A stretch of DNA of 64,000 nucleotides. It comes from an uncultured Erysipelotrichaceae bacterium (lineage in GTDB: Bacteria > Bacillota_I > Bacilli_A > RFN20 > CAG-826). A model generated the notes under the pieces. That model was not told the DNA's origin and did not search any database. It saw only the letters and a program-made list of their open reading frames with translations. The number at the start of each line of letters is the position of its first letter. Position 1 is the stretch's first letter. The stretch is from NCBI GenBank assembly GCA_902768335.1, contig CACXKR010000001.1, positions 17,205 to 81,204 of the forward strand. Reading direction: 5' to 3'. Of the stretch, positions 18,905-32,127 are shown in pieces. Made by a program: the position numbers and the translations under genes.

Positions 18905-19431
18905 TAAAATCTATTCCTTCTCAAATCACTTTGATATTGATTAACAAAATAAATGAAAATGGTGTTAAGTCTGCTTATTAATGCCGGAGCTTTTTCTTTG
19001 CGCTTTGTTCCAACCCAATAAACCAGTTCGTGAGACGATAATGTCGACATATAACGCGTAATTTCTATTCCATCCACTCCATGATTTTTTAATAGCATTC
19101 CAATTCTTGAATAAAAATAGGAAAACATAAATGAATAGAGTTTTTCTTGAGAATAGCTTTTGTTAATCGCGGATACGAAGTTATAATTCGCATTTATATA
19201 ATTGATCATTTCTTTAAGAATAGGTTCATAATCAAGAAGTTTTTTGGCGTAGCCAACCTTGGCTTTCAAGAAAATAGATTCGACAACATCAGAGATGTCG
19301 CGAAAATGATAATAAAATGTTTGCCTGTTTGAGTTACACTTATCGCAAAGCATAACGACGTTTATTTCGTCTAAAGGCTTTTCTTTAATTAGTTTTTTAA
19401 GGGCTTCTTGATAGACCGCTTCTATTTTCAT
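18904..19431 (-). CDS. TetR/AcrR-family transcriptional regulator
   Basis: N-terminal HTH (NVVMLCDKCNSNRQTFYYHF). Its start and stop overlap the neighbouring genes. Confidence 0.7.
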   Translation of the reverse strand: MKIEAVYQEALKKLIKEKPLDEINVVMLCDKCNSNRQTFYYHFRDISDVVESIFLKAKVGYAKKLLDYEPILKEMINYINANYNFVSAINKSYSQEKLYSFMFSYFYSRIGMLLKNHGVDGIEITRYMSTLSSHELVYWVGTKRKEKAPALISRLNTIFIYFVNQYQSDLRRNRF

Positions 19432-20327
19432 AATTTAACTAATTCTTTTGCTATCTCGGATCCAAGAGCAGCGTTATTTAAAACTAAACGAATATTTGAT
19501 TCTAAAGAATCACCTCCAGTAAGTTCAACAATGGTCTTGAGTAAGAATGGTGTAATTTCTTTTCCTTTAACACCAGCATCATCCGCCATCTTAAGAGCTT
19601 TATCTATTGCGGTGTTGATGACTACCGGATCCATCGCGTATTCTTCTGGGATTGGATTTGCAACTAGTATGCCGCCATCCAATTTATTTATTCTCTTTGC
19701 TTTAATAATTTCAGCGACTTCTTTAGGAGAATTTACTACGTTCTCCATTTTGATACCTGAATGTCTTGTATAAAAATCGGCAAATTCATCAGTTCCATAA
19801 CTTAATACCGGAACTCCTTTTGTCTCCAAAATTTCTAATGTTAAATTCAAATCAAGTATTGCTTTAACACCGGCTGAAACAACTGTGACATTGGTTTTAC
19901 CAAGCTCTTCAAGATCGGCGGAAATATCAAAATTATTTTGTGCGCCTCGATGAGCACCTCCAACACCACCGGTTACAAATACTTCAATACCGGCTTGAGC
20001 AGCAAGAATCATCGTAGCAGCAACAGTTGTTGCGCCCCACATCTTTTTTGCATAGATAATTGGTAAATCTCTACGAGACGCTTTTGCGACTCCTTTTCTT
20101 TTACCGAATTGTTCGATTTCTTCTGGGGACATACCGATAACAGGTTCACCATCAATAATACCAATCGTGGCAGGAACTGCTCCATGGTCACGAATAACTT
20201 TTTCAACCCTTAGAGCGGTTTCAACGTTCTTTGGATAAGGCATTCCGTGCGAGATGATTGTTGATTCAAGAGCAACAACCGCTTTTTTGTTTTTTAATGC
20301 TTCTTGTACTTCTTTTGAAATTTTCAT
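19428..20327 (-). CDS. psuG: pseudouridine-5'-phosphate glycosidase
   Basis: LESTIISHGMPYP motif of the PsuG/IndA family. Confidence 0.85.
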   Translation of the reverse strand: MKISKEVQEALKNKKAVVALESTIISHGMPYPKNVETALRVEKVIRDHGAVPATIGIIDGEPVIGMSPEEIEQFGKRKGVAKASRRDLPIIYAKKMWGATTVAATMILAAQAGIEVFVTGGVGGAHRGAQNNFDISADLEELGKTNVTVVSAGVKAILDLNLTLEILETKGVPVLSYGTDEFADFYTRHSGIKMENVVNSPKEVAEIIKAKRINKLDGGILVANPIPEEYAMDPVVINTAIDKALKMADDAGVKGKEITPFLLKTIVELTGGDSLESNIRLVLNNAALGSEIAKELVKL

Positions 20328-22837
20328 TTTTGAGCCATCCTTTTTTCATGATTTTCTTTAATTCTTTTATCGTAGAATCTAACGAATAAAGTTTCTATTC
20401 CCATATAAAGTGGGATTGTAACTGCAATAACAATAACCGTAATCCACCAGTTGTTCGCAGTGATTAACGAATAATCAACGTTAAAGAATCCGGTATGGTC
20501 TGGTAGATGAGGATAGATAGAAAATCTATCTATTACAAAGAATATCACACCGATGATAAGAACCGCTCCAAATAAAGCGACACGATAAATATCAAACGGC
20601 ATACAAATTCTAAATAAAATAACATAGCTAGCAACACTGAAGGTTATAACCGCCATAACTCGAGCGACTTCCATGACCGCTCTCGGATCAGAGGAAGGAG
20701 AAAGAGCGCTATCTCCGCCGCAGAGAGCAATAATGTAATAAACCGAGCAAGCCACAACAATACTTAATGCAGCAGGGACAGATCTAGTCATAACGTTTGC
20801 TAAGAAGCCGACTTTAATCTTTTCATTATTAGGTTGTAGCGATAAGAATAAAGACCCAATACCTATGGTAACGAGTTCCCAAACATACATGTTTTGTGGA
20901 TTGAATGGATATATACGTCCTACGCCTCCGTTGCTCCAAAAGTAAATTAATGAAATAAGTGTAAACAAAACCGCAAACATAGTTTTAACTAAGAATAGCG
21001 AACACGTTCTTTGAAGGTTATTAACGACTCTGCGACCTTCAGAAACAACTTCTGGAAGAGTGGAAAAATTCGAATTCATCGAAACCAAATGAGCAACGTT
21101 TTTAGCGGCGTCGGAACCTGAGCCCATAGCAATAGAACAGTCAGCGACCTTAAGGGCTAAAATATCGTTAACACCATCACCGGTCATAGCAACAACGTGT
21201 TTATTCTCTTTAAGAGATTCGACAATCGCTTGTTTTTGTTCAGGAGAAACACGACCGAAAACGACACAGTCGTTAGCAATCTTTTTTACATCCTCAATGC
21301 TCATTCCTTCAAGAGAGATGAACTTTTCTGAATTCTTCACGCCAACATTCGCAGCGATGGCGCTGACAGAAATTGGTGAATCGCCTGAAATAATACAAAT
21401 CTTTACTCCGTTATCTTGGAACCATTTGATGTTAGCAATAGCGTCATCGCGGATATGATCTTCTAAAACTAAGATTCCGATTATTTTACATTCTTCAAGT
21501 GGATGCTCTGGGGTAACGACTCTAGGATATGTGCCAATAATAAGAACACGCAATCCTTTGGATTCAAGCTCTTCACATTTTTTATCAATCTTAGTGTCTT
21601 TGTGAGGAACGAATTCTCTAGCACCTAAAACAATTGAACGCCCATCTTTGAGCATTACGGCCGATATTTTTCTTTCAGAATTAAATGGGAGTGCAGAATA
21701 ATATGGAACTTCTTCTTTGTCTTCATATGCAGTTTTAATTGCACTAGCGGTAACATTAGAATCACCAGTTGCCACCACTAATGTGTGTAGAATTGATTTT
21801 AATTTTTCTGGATCTTCACCAAAGGTGATTAAATCGTTAACCCTCATTGATCCATCGGTAATTGTTCCGGTTTTATCTAAACAAAGAACATCTGCTCTTG
21901 CCAACGATTCGATGCAATAAAGTTCTTGAACGAGCATTCCTCTATTTGCTAAACGAACGGCCCCAACAGCAAGAGTTAAAGAAGTTAAAAGATACATCCC
22001 TGTCGGAATCATCGAGATTAAAGAGCCAGCGATATTACCAACAGCAGTAGTAAATTCAATATTGTTTTTAGGATCAAGGTTTCCTCTTGCGATAGCCGTT
22101 ATTACTAAAGCGCTAGCAAAGAAGACAACAACGCCACCAATAATTTTAAATATAAAATTAAGAGTCCTTAAAATTTCTGATTTTGGTTTCTTAAAGTATC
22201 GAGCGGACGCTTGTAATTTTTCAGCATAATTTGCTTTACCTAAATGATCAATTCGATATTTAGCTTTTCCTGAAGTTATATATGTTCCAGATAAAACTTG
22301 GCTACCTAATGTTTTCTTAACGCTTGCAGATTCTCCGGTCAAAATCGATTCATTGACTTCGACCATCCCATCCATAATTGTTCCGTCTGCAACGATTTGG
22401 TCGCCTAAAGATAAAATAACAATATCGGATAAAACTAGTTCGTTAGCAGGGATCTTTTTCTCGTCTCCACCCCGAAGAACAGTGACCATCGGGTAGGAAA
22501 CGACTCTTAATTTATCAGTTAAGCGTCTCGCTTTAATATCTTGGAACAAACCAATTGTAATATTGATAAATAAAATGACTAAAAATGCATAACTCGTAAT
22601 ATTTACGTTAGCCACAATCATTAATGCGGCAATCGCGAATAAAAATAAGTTAAAGAAATTAACGATATTATCGTAAAAGATTTTCCAATAAGATTTAGAG
22701 ACGTGCTTAGGGATTCGATTAACTAAGCCAGCATCTAGTCTTTCACGAACTTGTTCTTCGGATAAACCTATATTTAAATCAACTCGAAAATGTTCTACGT
22801 TTTCGATTTTTTTCTCAATTAAACTACTTTTTGCCAT
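20324..22837 (-). CDS. P-type cation-transporting ATPase (P2-like) with atypical TM4 motif PTGM
   Basis: It has DKTGTIT, MTGDGVNDILALK and TGES motifs and no N-terminal metal-binding domain. Confidence 0.85.
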   Translation of the reverse strand: MAKSSLIEKKIENVEHFRVDLNIGLSEEQVRERLDAGLVNRIPKHVSKSYWKIFYDNIVNFFNLFLFAIAALMIVANVNITSYAFLVILFINITIGLFQDIKARRLTDKLRVVSYPMVTVLRGGDEKKIPANELVLSDIVILSLGDQIVADGTIMDGMVEVNESILTGESASVKKTLGSQVLSGTYITSGKAKYRIDHLGKANYAEKLQASARYFKKPKSEILRTLNFIFKIIGGVVVFFASALVITAIARGNLDPKNNIEFTTAVGNIAGSLISMIPTGMYLLTSLTLAVGAVRLANRGMLVQELYCIESLARADVLCLDKTGTITDGSMRVNDLITFGEDPEKLKSILHTLVVATGDSNVTASAIKTAYEDKEEVPYYSALPFNSERKISAVMLKDGRSIVLGAREFVPHKDTKIDKKCEELESKGLRVLIIGTYPRVVTPEHPLEECKIIGILVLEDHIRDDAIANIKWFQDNGVKICIISGDSPISVSAIAANVGVKNSEKFISLEGMSIEDVKKIANDCVVFGRVSPEQKQAIVESLKENKHVVAMTGDGVNDILALKVADCSIAMGSGSDAAKNVAHLVSMNSNFSTLPEVVSEGRRVVNNLQRTCSLFLVKTMFAVLFTLISLIYFWSNGGVGRIYPFNPQNMYVWELVTIGIGSLFLSLQPNNEKIKVGFLANVMTRSVPAALSIVVACSVYYIIALCGGDSALSPSSDPRAVMEVARVMAVITFSVASYVILFRICMPFDIYRVALFGAVLIIGVIFFVIDRFSIYPHLPDHTGFFNVDYSLITANNWWITVIVIAVTIPLYMGIETLFVRFYDKRIKENHEKRMAQK

Positions 22838-22901
22838 ATACTCTAGTCTAAAAGTAAACTTTTCATATAAAGTATAGCAAAATTAATACAGTGTAAAGAT
22901 T

Positions 22902-23363
22902 TTATTTATTACGTTTACTTTTAAAGTAAGACGAAATTAGTTGAGAACATTCTTCTTTGAGGACGCCACCCAATATTTCTGGATGATGATTTATATTTTT
23001 AGCATTGAACAGTTCTAGCGAACTTTCGATTGCGCCACCTTTAGGATCCAATGCTCCATAAACAATTCGACCGATTCGACATTGAAGAAGAGTTCCGGCA
23101 CACATTGAACAAGGTTCGATTGTCACGTAAATTGTTGCGCCTTCAAGTCGCCACGAATTTAATTTCTTGCATGCTTTTCGAATTGCATTGATTTCGGCGT
23201 GGCTTGTTGGGTCGTTACTCTTCTCTCTTAAATTGTGTCCTTTTGAAAGAATTTTGCCGTCTTTTACAATGACCGCACCAACAGGAACTTCATCTAAAAT
23301 AACCGCGTTTTGCGCTTCTTTTAGAGCGATTCGCATATATTTTTCATCAATATTACTTTTCAT
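22902..23363 (-). CDS. tadA: tRNA-specific adenosine deaminase
   Basis: HAEINAI and PCSMCAG zinc motifs. Confidence 0.9.
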   Translation of the reverse strand: MKSNIDEKYMRIALKEAQNAVILDEVPVGAVIVKDGKILSKGHNLREKSNDPTSHAEINAIRKACKKLNSWRLEGATIYVTIEPCSMCAGTLLQCRIGRIVYGALDPKGGAIESSLELFNAKNINHHPEILGGVLKEECSQLISSYFKSKRNK

Positions 23364-23367
23364 AAAT

Positions 23368-23452
23368 TAAACCATCGCACATAACTTAGATTACTTAAGG
23401 CTGCTATATTCCTATCCTGACCTGGTTCGTAGTAAATTATCGCGATGGCGTA
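23368..23452 (-). ncRNA. ffs: small signal-recognition-particle RNA (4.5S-type, ffs)
   Basis: The minus strand reads ...AACCAGGUCAGGAUAGGAAUAUAGCAGCC..., matching conserved SRP RNA domain IV ACCAGGUCAGG-UCC[GGAA]GGA-AGCAGCC. The closing stem of the GGAA tetraloop changes compensatorily from UCC/GGA to AUA/UAU. Flanking sequences gccaucgcg and ugcgauggu pair into a long hairpin. An extended -10 TGtTATAAT sits immediately upstream on the minus strand (plus coordinates 23457-23465). Confidence 0.65.
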
Positions 23453-23470
23453 ATCATTATAACAAAAATA

Positions 23471-23496
23471 AACAAAAAAGCGACATCGCTGTCGCC
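23471..23496 (-). terminator. rho-independent terminator of serS
   Basis: Minus strand GGCGACA-gcga-TGTCGC followed by UUUUUUG. Confidence 0.6.
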
Positions 23497-23516
23497 TTAA
23501 TGTTTTGAAGTAAATT

Positions 23517-24797
23517 TTATTTCTTAGGTTTAATGTATTCTAATCCACCCATCCAAGGTCTAAGAACTTCTGGGATCTTAACCGATCCATCGGCTTGTTG
23601 ATATTGTTCAATGATGGCAGGAAAGACACGTGATGTTGCTAAACCTGAACCATTGAGCGTATGAACGAATTTAGTTTTGCCAGTAGCTTTATCACGATAT
23701 CTTATCATTCCGCGACGGGCTTGATAATCGTGAGCGGTACTAACAGAGCTAACTTCTTTATAGATGCCAACGCTTGGTAAGTAAACTTCGATATCATAAG
23801 TTCTAGCCATCGATGCAGAAATATCTTCAGCAGCAAGTTTAGAAACGTGGAATGTAAGTCCGAGTTTTTGCATTAAAGAAATTGCTTTATTAACCAGTTC
23901 CTCAAAAGCTGCTTGATCACCTTCTTCAGTGGTGTATTGGAACATTTCAACTTTATTGAATTGATAACCGCGGATCATACCTCTTTCTTCGGTACGATAA
24001 GCACCTGCTTCCTTGCGATAGCAAGGAGTATAAGCAAAATATTTCTTAGGAAGTTCATCTTCACTTAGAATTTCATTTCTATGGAAGTTAACTAACGCTG
24101 TTTCGGCGGTTGGAAGAATGAATTTCTTTGGTTCGACGTCTTTAAGTGAGAAAACGTCATCAATAAATTTAGGGAATTGTCCCGCTACAAATCCTGATTC
24201 GTAATTAAGGATATGTGGTGGAAGCATGAATTGATAGCCATCTTTTAAGTGTTCGGAAATGAAGAAGTTTAATAAAGCCCACTCAAGTTGAGCACCTAAG
24301 CCAGTATAAACCCAAGTGCCGTGTCCGCTCATCTTGGCGCCTCTTGTGTAATCAATTAAGCCCAAAGATTCGCAAAGTGTAACGTGATCTTTTAAAGGAA
24401 AATCAAATTGTTGAGGTTTTCCAAATTCATGGATAACTTTATTATTTTCTTTTCCTCCCGCAAGTAAATCATCGTCCGGAAGGTTTGGAAGAGGAAGAAG
24501 GAACGCTTTTATTTCTTCTTCAACTTTTTCTAATTCCTTTTCATCGGCTTCTGATTTAGCGGAAATTTCTTTAACTTTAGCAAAGATAGCTGAGACATCT
24601 CCTCCAGCTTTTTTCACTTGTGGAACGCTGGCAGAAAGTTTGTTTCTTTCACTTTTTGCATTTTCAACACTCACTAATAATTCTTTTCGCCGATCGCTCA
24701 ATTTAAGTAATGGAGCAAAATCTACGACGCAACCTTTTTTAGCGAGTTTATCTGAAATTAATTTAGGATTTTCGATGATTTGTTTTATATCGAGCAT
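23517..24797 (-). CDS. serS: seryl-tRNA synthetase
   Basis: Class II aaRS motifs and a coiled-coil N-terminal arm. Confidence 0.95.
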   Translation of the reverse strand: MLDIKQIIENPKLISDKLAKKGCVVDFAPLLKLSDRRKELLVSVENAKSERNKLSASVPQVKKAGGDVSAIFAKVKEISAKSEADEKELEKVEEEIKAFLLPLPNLPDDDLLAGGKENNKVIHEFGKPQQFDFPLKDHVTLCESLGLIDYTRGAKMSGHGTWVYTGLGAQLEWALLNFFISEHLKDGYQFMLPPHILNYESGFVAGQFPKFIDDVFSLKDVEPKKFILPTAETALVNFHRNEILSEDELPKKYFAYTPCYRKEAGAYRTEERGMIRGYQFNKVEMFQYTTEEGDQAAFEELVNKAISLMQKLGLTFHVSKLAAEDISASMARTYDIEVYLPSVGIYKEVSSVSTAHDYQARRGMIRYRDKATGKTKFVHTLNGSGLATSRVFPAIIEQYQQADGSVKIPEVLRPWMGGLEYIKPKK

Positions 24798-24867
24798 AAA
24801 TAATCCTCTTTTCTTTATTATATACGCGCGCGATGGAATTTAAATATCTTCGCAAATCACGGATAAA

Positions 24868-27450
24868 TTATTCTTCACTCTTTTCTTGAACTTCTTCAGT
24901 GGCAGGAGCTTCTTCTTCACCTTCAACCTCGTCTTCGTGTGGGACGACAGTGATGGAGGAAACTCTTTGTTTTTCGTCTTCTAAACGGATAACTCTAACG
25001 CCTTGAGTGTTGCGGTCGGAAACTTTGACTTGTTCAAGTGGAATTCTAATGACTGTTCCGCCATTAGTAACCATCATTAAGTCTTCATCTCCATTGACTG
25101 CTCTCATAGCGACAAGTTTGCCATTTTTTGGAGTTGCATTAAGAGTGGTGACACCTTTTGCGCCACGTTTGGTTTGACGATATCTTTCGATCTCTGACAT
25201 CTTACCATAACCTTTGGAGGTGATGACTAAAATGTATTTACCTTCGAGGGAGGTTGTCATGCCGACAACATAGTTACCAAATTCGTCGCCTAAATCGATA
25301 CCGATAACACCACTGGCGGTTCTACCGAGTGGACGAGCTTCGGTTTCAACAAATCTAACGAGTTTACCTTTGCTAGAAGCTAAGCAAATCTCGGTATCAC
25401 CTTCGGTGTATTTAACATCGAGCAAGGAATCGCCTTCACGAAGTGAGATAGCGATTTTACCGTTTCTTCTAATTGATTCGTATTCTTTGACATCAGTACG
25501 TTTAACGATACCGTTTCTAGTTGCAAAGAATAAGTAGTGGCCTTCACTATAATCATAAATTGGAATGATAGAGACAACTTTTTCGCCTTTTTCAAGGTTG
25601 AGCAAGTTTTGGATTGGAATGCCTTTAGAGATTCTGCTTCCTTCAGGAATCATATAGCCTCTTAAACGATAAACTCGGCCAAACGAGGAGAAGAACATGA
25701 CGTCGATATGAGTTTTGGTGTGTAACATAATTGCGACATCATCATCTTCGTTAGTTGCCATACCTCTAACTCCACGACCACCTCTATTTTGAGTACGGAA
25801 TGTTGATGCTTCCATTCTCTTAACATAGTTGTTCTTGGTTAAGGTGATGACGATTTCTTTTTCTGGGATTAAAGCTTCATCTTCGATGGTTGCAGCTTCA
25901 TCAGAAATATCGGTCTTACGTTCATCGCTATATTTTTCTTTGATTTCAAGGAGCTCTTCAACAACGACGTCGGTGATGTGTTCTCTTGATTCAAGAATAT
26001 ATTTGTATTTAGCGATGTTTTCTTCGAGTTGTTTACGTTCTTCTTCGAGTTTTCCTGATTCTAGACCAGTTAATCTACGGAGAGTCATCGCTAAAATGGC
26101 GGCTGTTTGTTCTTCACTAAATCCGAATTTCGCCATTAAGGCTTTGCTTGCATCATCCGGCGTAGCGGCGGCTTTGATAGTTTCAACGATTTCATCGATG
26201 TTACCAATAGCTTTTAGTAAACCGACAACAATGTGATCGCGAGCTTCGTCTTTAGCGAGCAAGAATTTGGTTCTTCTTTCAACGACTTCAACTTGGAAAT
26301 CTAAATAATGCTTAAGGATTTCGGTGATTGGAAGAATCTTTGGTGCGCCATCGACAAGGCAGAGCATAATGATGCCCATACTAGTTTGAAGTTGGGTCAT
26401 CTTATAAAGTTGATTGAGAATAACTTCTGGAATGGAATCGTGACGAACATCAATAACGATGCGGACGTTTCCTTTAGAAGATTCATCACGGATATCGGTG
26501 ATGCCTTCAATAACTTTATCTCTCACTAAGTGAGCGATCGATTCAATCATGTTAGCCTTATTGACTTGATAAGGAATTTCATGAACGATGATTTGTTTTC
26601 TACCTGTACGTTCATTTTCTTTAATTTCACATTTTGAACGAATGGTGATTGAACCAGTACCAGTTTCAAAATAATCTTTGATACCAGTTCTTCCTAAAAT
26701 TGTGGCACCTGTTGAAAAATCTGGACCATATAAATAGTTGGCCATAATTTCAAGTGGAGTAATTTCAGGATTTCTTGCCACTGCGACAACTGCGTCGATA
26801 GTTTCACCTAAGTTGTGGGTTGGAATATAAGTTGCCATACCGACAGCGATACCGTTACTACCGTTGACAAGTAAGTTCGGGAATCTAGCAGGTAAAACAG
26901 ATGGTTCTTGTTCGGTACCATCATAGTTATCGATCATATCGACTGTATTGCAGTTTAAATCGCGGACCATTTCGGTCGCTAATTTGGTCATTCTGGCTTC
27001 GGTATAACGCATAGCCGCTGGTTCATCACCATCGACAGAACCGAAGTTACCATGACCATCAACAAGGGTGTATCTCATAGCCCATGGTTGAGCTAAACGA
27101 GCAAGGGTGCTATAAATCGCTTGGTCGCCGTGTGGGTGAAATTTACCCATGACATCACCAACGATACGAGCGGATTTCTTGTAAGGAGTGCCCGGAACCA
27201 TTCCGGATATGTGCATACCATAGATAACTCTACGGTGAACTGGTTTACAACCATCGCGGACATCAGGAATAGCACGAGCAACGATGACGGACATCGCATA
27301 ATCAAGGAATGAGTTCTTAACTTCGCTAGCGAGGTCGGTGTCTCTTAATCCTGGAACGATACCTTCTTCGATTTCGCTTAATTTGGCTTCATCGACTTCT
27401 TCTTCTTTAGCTTCGTCGACAATTTCTTCTTTTTTGATTTCGTCTGCCAT
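24868..27450 (-). CDS. gyrA: DNA gyrase subunit A
   Basis: AAMRYTEARM active-site Tyr region and GyrA box. Confidence 0.97.
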   Translation of the reverse strand: MADEIKKEEIVDEAKEEEVDEAKLSEIEEGIVPGLRDTDLASEVKNSFLDYAMSVIVARAIPDVRDGCKPVHRRVIYGMHISGMVPGTPYKKSARIVGDVMGKFHPHGDQAIYSTLARLAQPWAMRYTLVDGHGNFGSVDGDEPAAMRYTEARMTKLATEMVRDLNCNTVDMIDNYDGTEQEPSVLPARFPNLLVNGSNGIAVGMATYIPTHNLGETIDAVVAVARNPEITPLEIMANYLYGPDFSTGATILGRTGIKDYFETGTGSITIRSKCEIKENERTGRKQIIVHEIPYQVNKANMIESIAHLVRDKVIEGITDIRDESSKGNVRIVIDVRHDSIPEVILNQLYKMTQLQTSMGIIMLCLVDGAPKILPITEILKHYLDFQVEVVERRTKFLLAKDEARDHIVVGLLKAIGNIDEIVETIKAAATPDDASKALMAKFGFSEEQTAAILAMTLRRLTGLESGKLEEERKQLEENIAKYKYILESREHITDVVVEELLEIKEKYSDERKTDISDEAATIEDEALIPEKEIVITLTKNNYVKRMEASTFRTQNRGGRGVRGMATNEDDDVAIMLHTKTHIDVMFFSSFGRVYRLRGYMIPEGSRISKGIPIQNLLNLEKGEKVVSIIPIYDYSEGHYLFFATRNGIVKRTDVKEYESIRRNGKIAISLREGDSLLDVKYTEGDTEICLASSKGKLVRFVETEARPLGRTASGVIGIDLGDEFGNYVVGMTTSLEGKYILVITSKGYGKMSEIERYRQTKRGAKGVTTLNATPKNGKLVAMRAVNGDEDLMMVTNGGTVIRIPLEQVKVSDRNTQGVRVIRLEDEKQRVSSITVVPHEDEVEGEEEAPATEEVQEKSEE

Positions 27451-27469
27451 AATTATTATCTCCTTTCCA

Positions 27470-30548
<3,079 letters not shown>

Positions 30549-30552
<4 letters not shown>

Positions 30553-30767
30553 TTGATCAAATAACTTTTTCCTTCAATTTCAATCGCATCGTTCGGGCGT
30601 AGTTTACGACCACGTCTATTATCGTCTTCTCCGTTAATAACAACTTTGTGCGACGCTAGAAATTGTTTTGCTTCACCACCAGATTGAATGATGTCTGCAA
30701 ATTTGAGAAATTGACCCAATGTTATGAATTCGGAATCGATTTTGATTTCGGTAGTTTTTTTATTCAT
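30549..30767 (-). CDS. yaaA: S4-domain RNA-binding protein YaaA
   Basis: ITLGQFLKFADIIQSGGEAKQFL...DNRRGRKL is near-identical in pattern to B. subtilis YaaA. Start ATG 30767 (MNKKTTEIKI) rather than the longer track ORF. It overlaps recF by 4 nt. Confidence 0.7.
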
Positions 30768-30876
30768 AAAAAGTTCAATTCTTACTCTTGTGATACATTT
30801 TATCATATATAAAATAAAAAGGGAATAATAAATTCCCTTATAAATCAATATGTTCTAAAATGTCAAAATTTGGGGT

Positions 30877-31995
30877 TTATGAACGCAATGGCGTGACCAA
30901 CATATCGATGGTGTCATCTTTGCTATTCTTGACAACAAATGGCTTCATTTCGCCTATAAACGCAATAGTGACATCTTCGCTCTTGCAAGCCTTAATAGCG
31001 TCTGCAACAAAAGACGAACGGAAGCTGATTTCCAAGCGTTCTCCAGAGAATTGGAAAACATTTAATTTTTCGTTTGCCGATCCCACTAACGATGAACGCG
31101 AAATAATTTCAACTTCGTCTTCGGTCATGATGACTTTAACAACTCCGTCATGTTCAGCAGAAAGCAAGGAAACACGTTCCATCGCTTTCAAAAATTCGGC
31201 GGAATTGACTTCTAAGAAATAATTAAAATTCTTTGGAACAATATTCTTTGTATTTGGATATTCGCCATTTGTTAAACGGGTTGAAATAACAGTGTTATCG
31301 GAAGAGAAAATTGCTTTCTTATCGCTTATAGCGATTTGAACCATTTCAGCCTCTTCAAAACTGCGAACGATATCAACCATTTTCTTTGCGGAAATATTCG
31401 CAACAAATCTAACATCGCTTTCGATATCAACCGATTTTCTAGCAAGTCTAGCAGTGTCGGTGGCTGTAGCGGTTAGCAAATTGTCGTGAGCTTCAAGATT
31501 GATAGCAGTGAGAATAGGCCTTGTTTCCTTTGTAGAGGCCGCGAAAACAGTCGAATCGACAAGGGTCATTAAATCCTTCGTCTTGATCTCTAATGTGGCT
31601 CCAGATGGGTTTAAATCGATTTGAGGATATTCTTCAGCTTTTATCGAATTCAATTTGAAGTTTGATTTACTATCTTCGATGCTAAGAACTGAACTATCGA
31701 TTAATTCAAAGGTGATATATTCTTCTTCGATATGTCTAACAACTTCGATAAGAATTTTGGCAGCGATCAAAGTTTCGCCATTTTGGCTATTCCTAATAAT
31801 TTCTTTTTCTCCAATCATATAAGGAATAGTTGTTTTGATAGTGATACTGTTATCACTTCCTAAAATTTCTAATCCTTTTTCAGTTAAAGAAAGTTTGATA
31901 TTTTGGAAAATTGGTAATTCGGCTTTTGGAGGAACTGCTTTTGATACTAAAGTTAATCCTTTAAGTAGCAACTCTCTATCGATAGTAAATCTCAT
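30877..31995 (-). CDS. dnaN: DNA polymerase III beta sliding clamp
   Basis: Length and N-term MRFTIDRELLLKGL... Confidence 0.95.
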   Translation of the reverse strand: MRFTIDRELLLKGLTLVSKAVPPKAELPIFQNIKLSLTEKGLEILGSDNSITIKTTIPYMIGEKEIIRNSQNGETLIAAKILIEVVRHIEEEYITFELIDSSVLSIEDSKSNFKLNSIKAEEYPQIDLNPSGATLEIKTKDLMTLVDSTVFAASTKETRPILTAINLEAHDNLLTATATDTARLARKSVDIESDVRFVANISAKKMVDIVRSFEEAEMVQIAISDKKAIFSSDNTVISTRLTNGEYPNTKNIVPKNFNYFLEVNSAEFLKAMERVSLLSAEHDGVVKVIMTEDEVEIISRSSLVGSANEKLNVFQFSGERLEISFRSSFVADAIKACKSEDVTIAFIGEMKPFVVKNSKDDTIDMLVTPLRS

Positions 31996-32034
31996 ATATT
32001 TATTTCTCCTTAAATAATTAATAGTAATAATGTC

Positions 32035-32053
32035 TGTGGATACTGTGGAAAAC
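32035..32053. promoter_or_regulatory. DnaA boxes in dnaA-dnaN intergenic region (second origin module / DUE side)
   Basis: TGTGGATAC (32035-43) and TGTGGAAAA (32045-53), each 1 mismatch from TGTGGATAA, next to an AT-rich stretch. Confidence 0.5.
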
Positions 32054-32127
32054 CTGTCTTTTGTATATTTTAGATAAAATCATTTTAACATAAGATTTTT
32101 CACGCGCACACATAATTTTTTATAAAA

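Noticed and set aside
24798-24867. T-box riboswitch upstream of serS (also checked upstream of lysS 55787-55906 and metG 9490-9517)
   Set aside because: The leaders are 28-120 nt, too short for a ~200-300-nt T-box. serS sits directly behind gyrA and is probably co-transcribed.
25829-26236. 135-aa serine-rich ORF
   Set aside because: It is antisense within gyrA and is an artefact of codon-complement bias.
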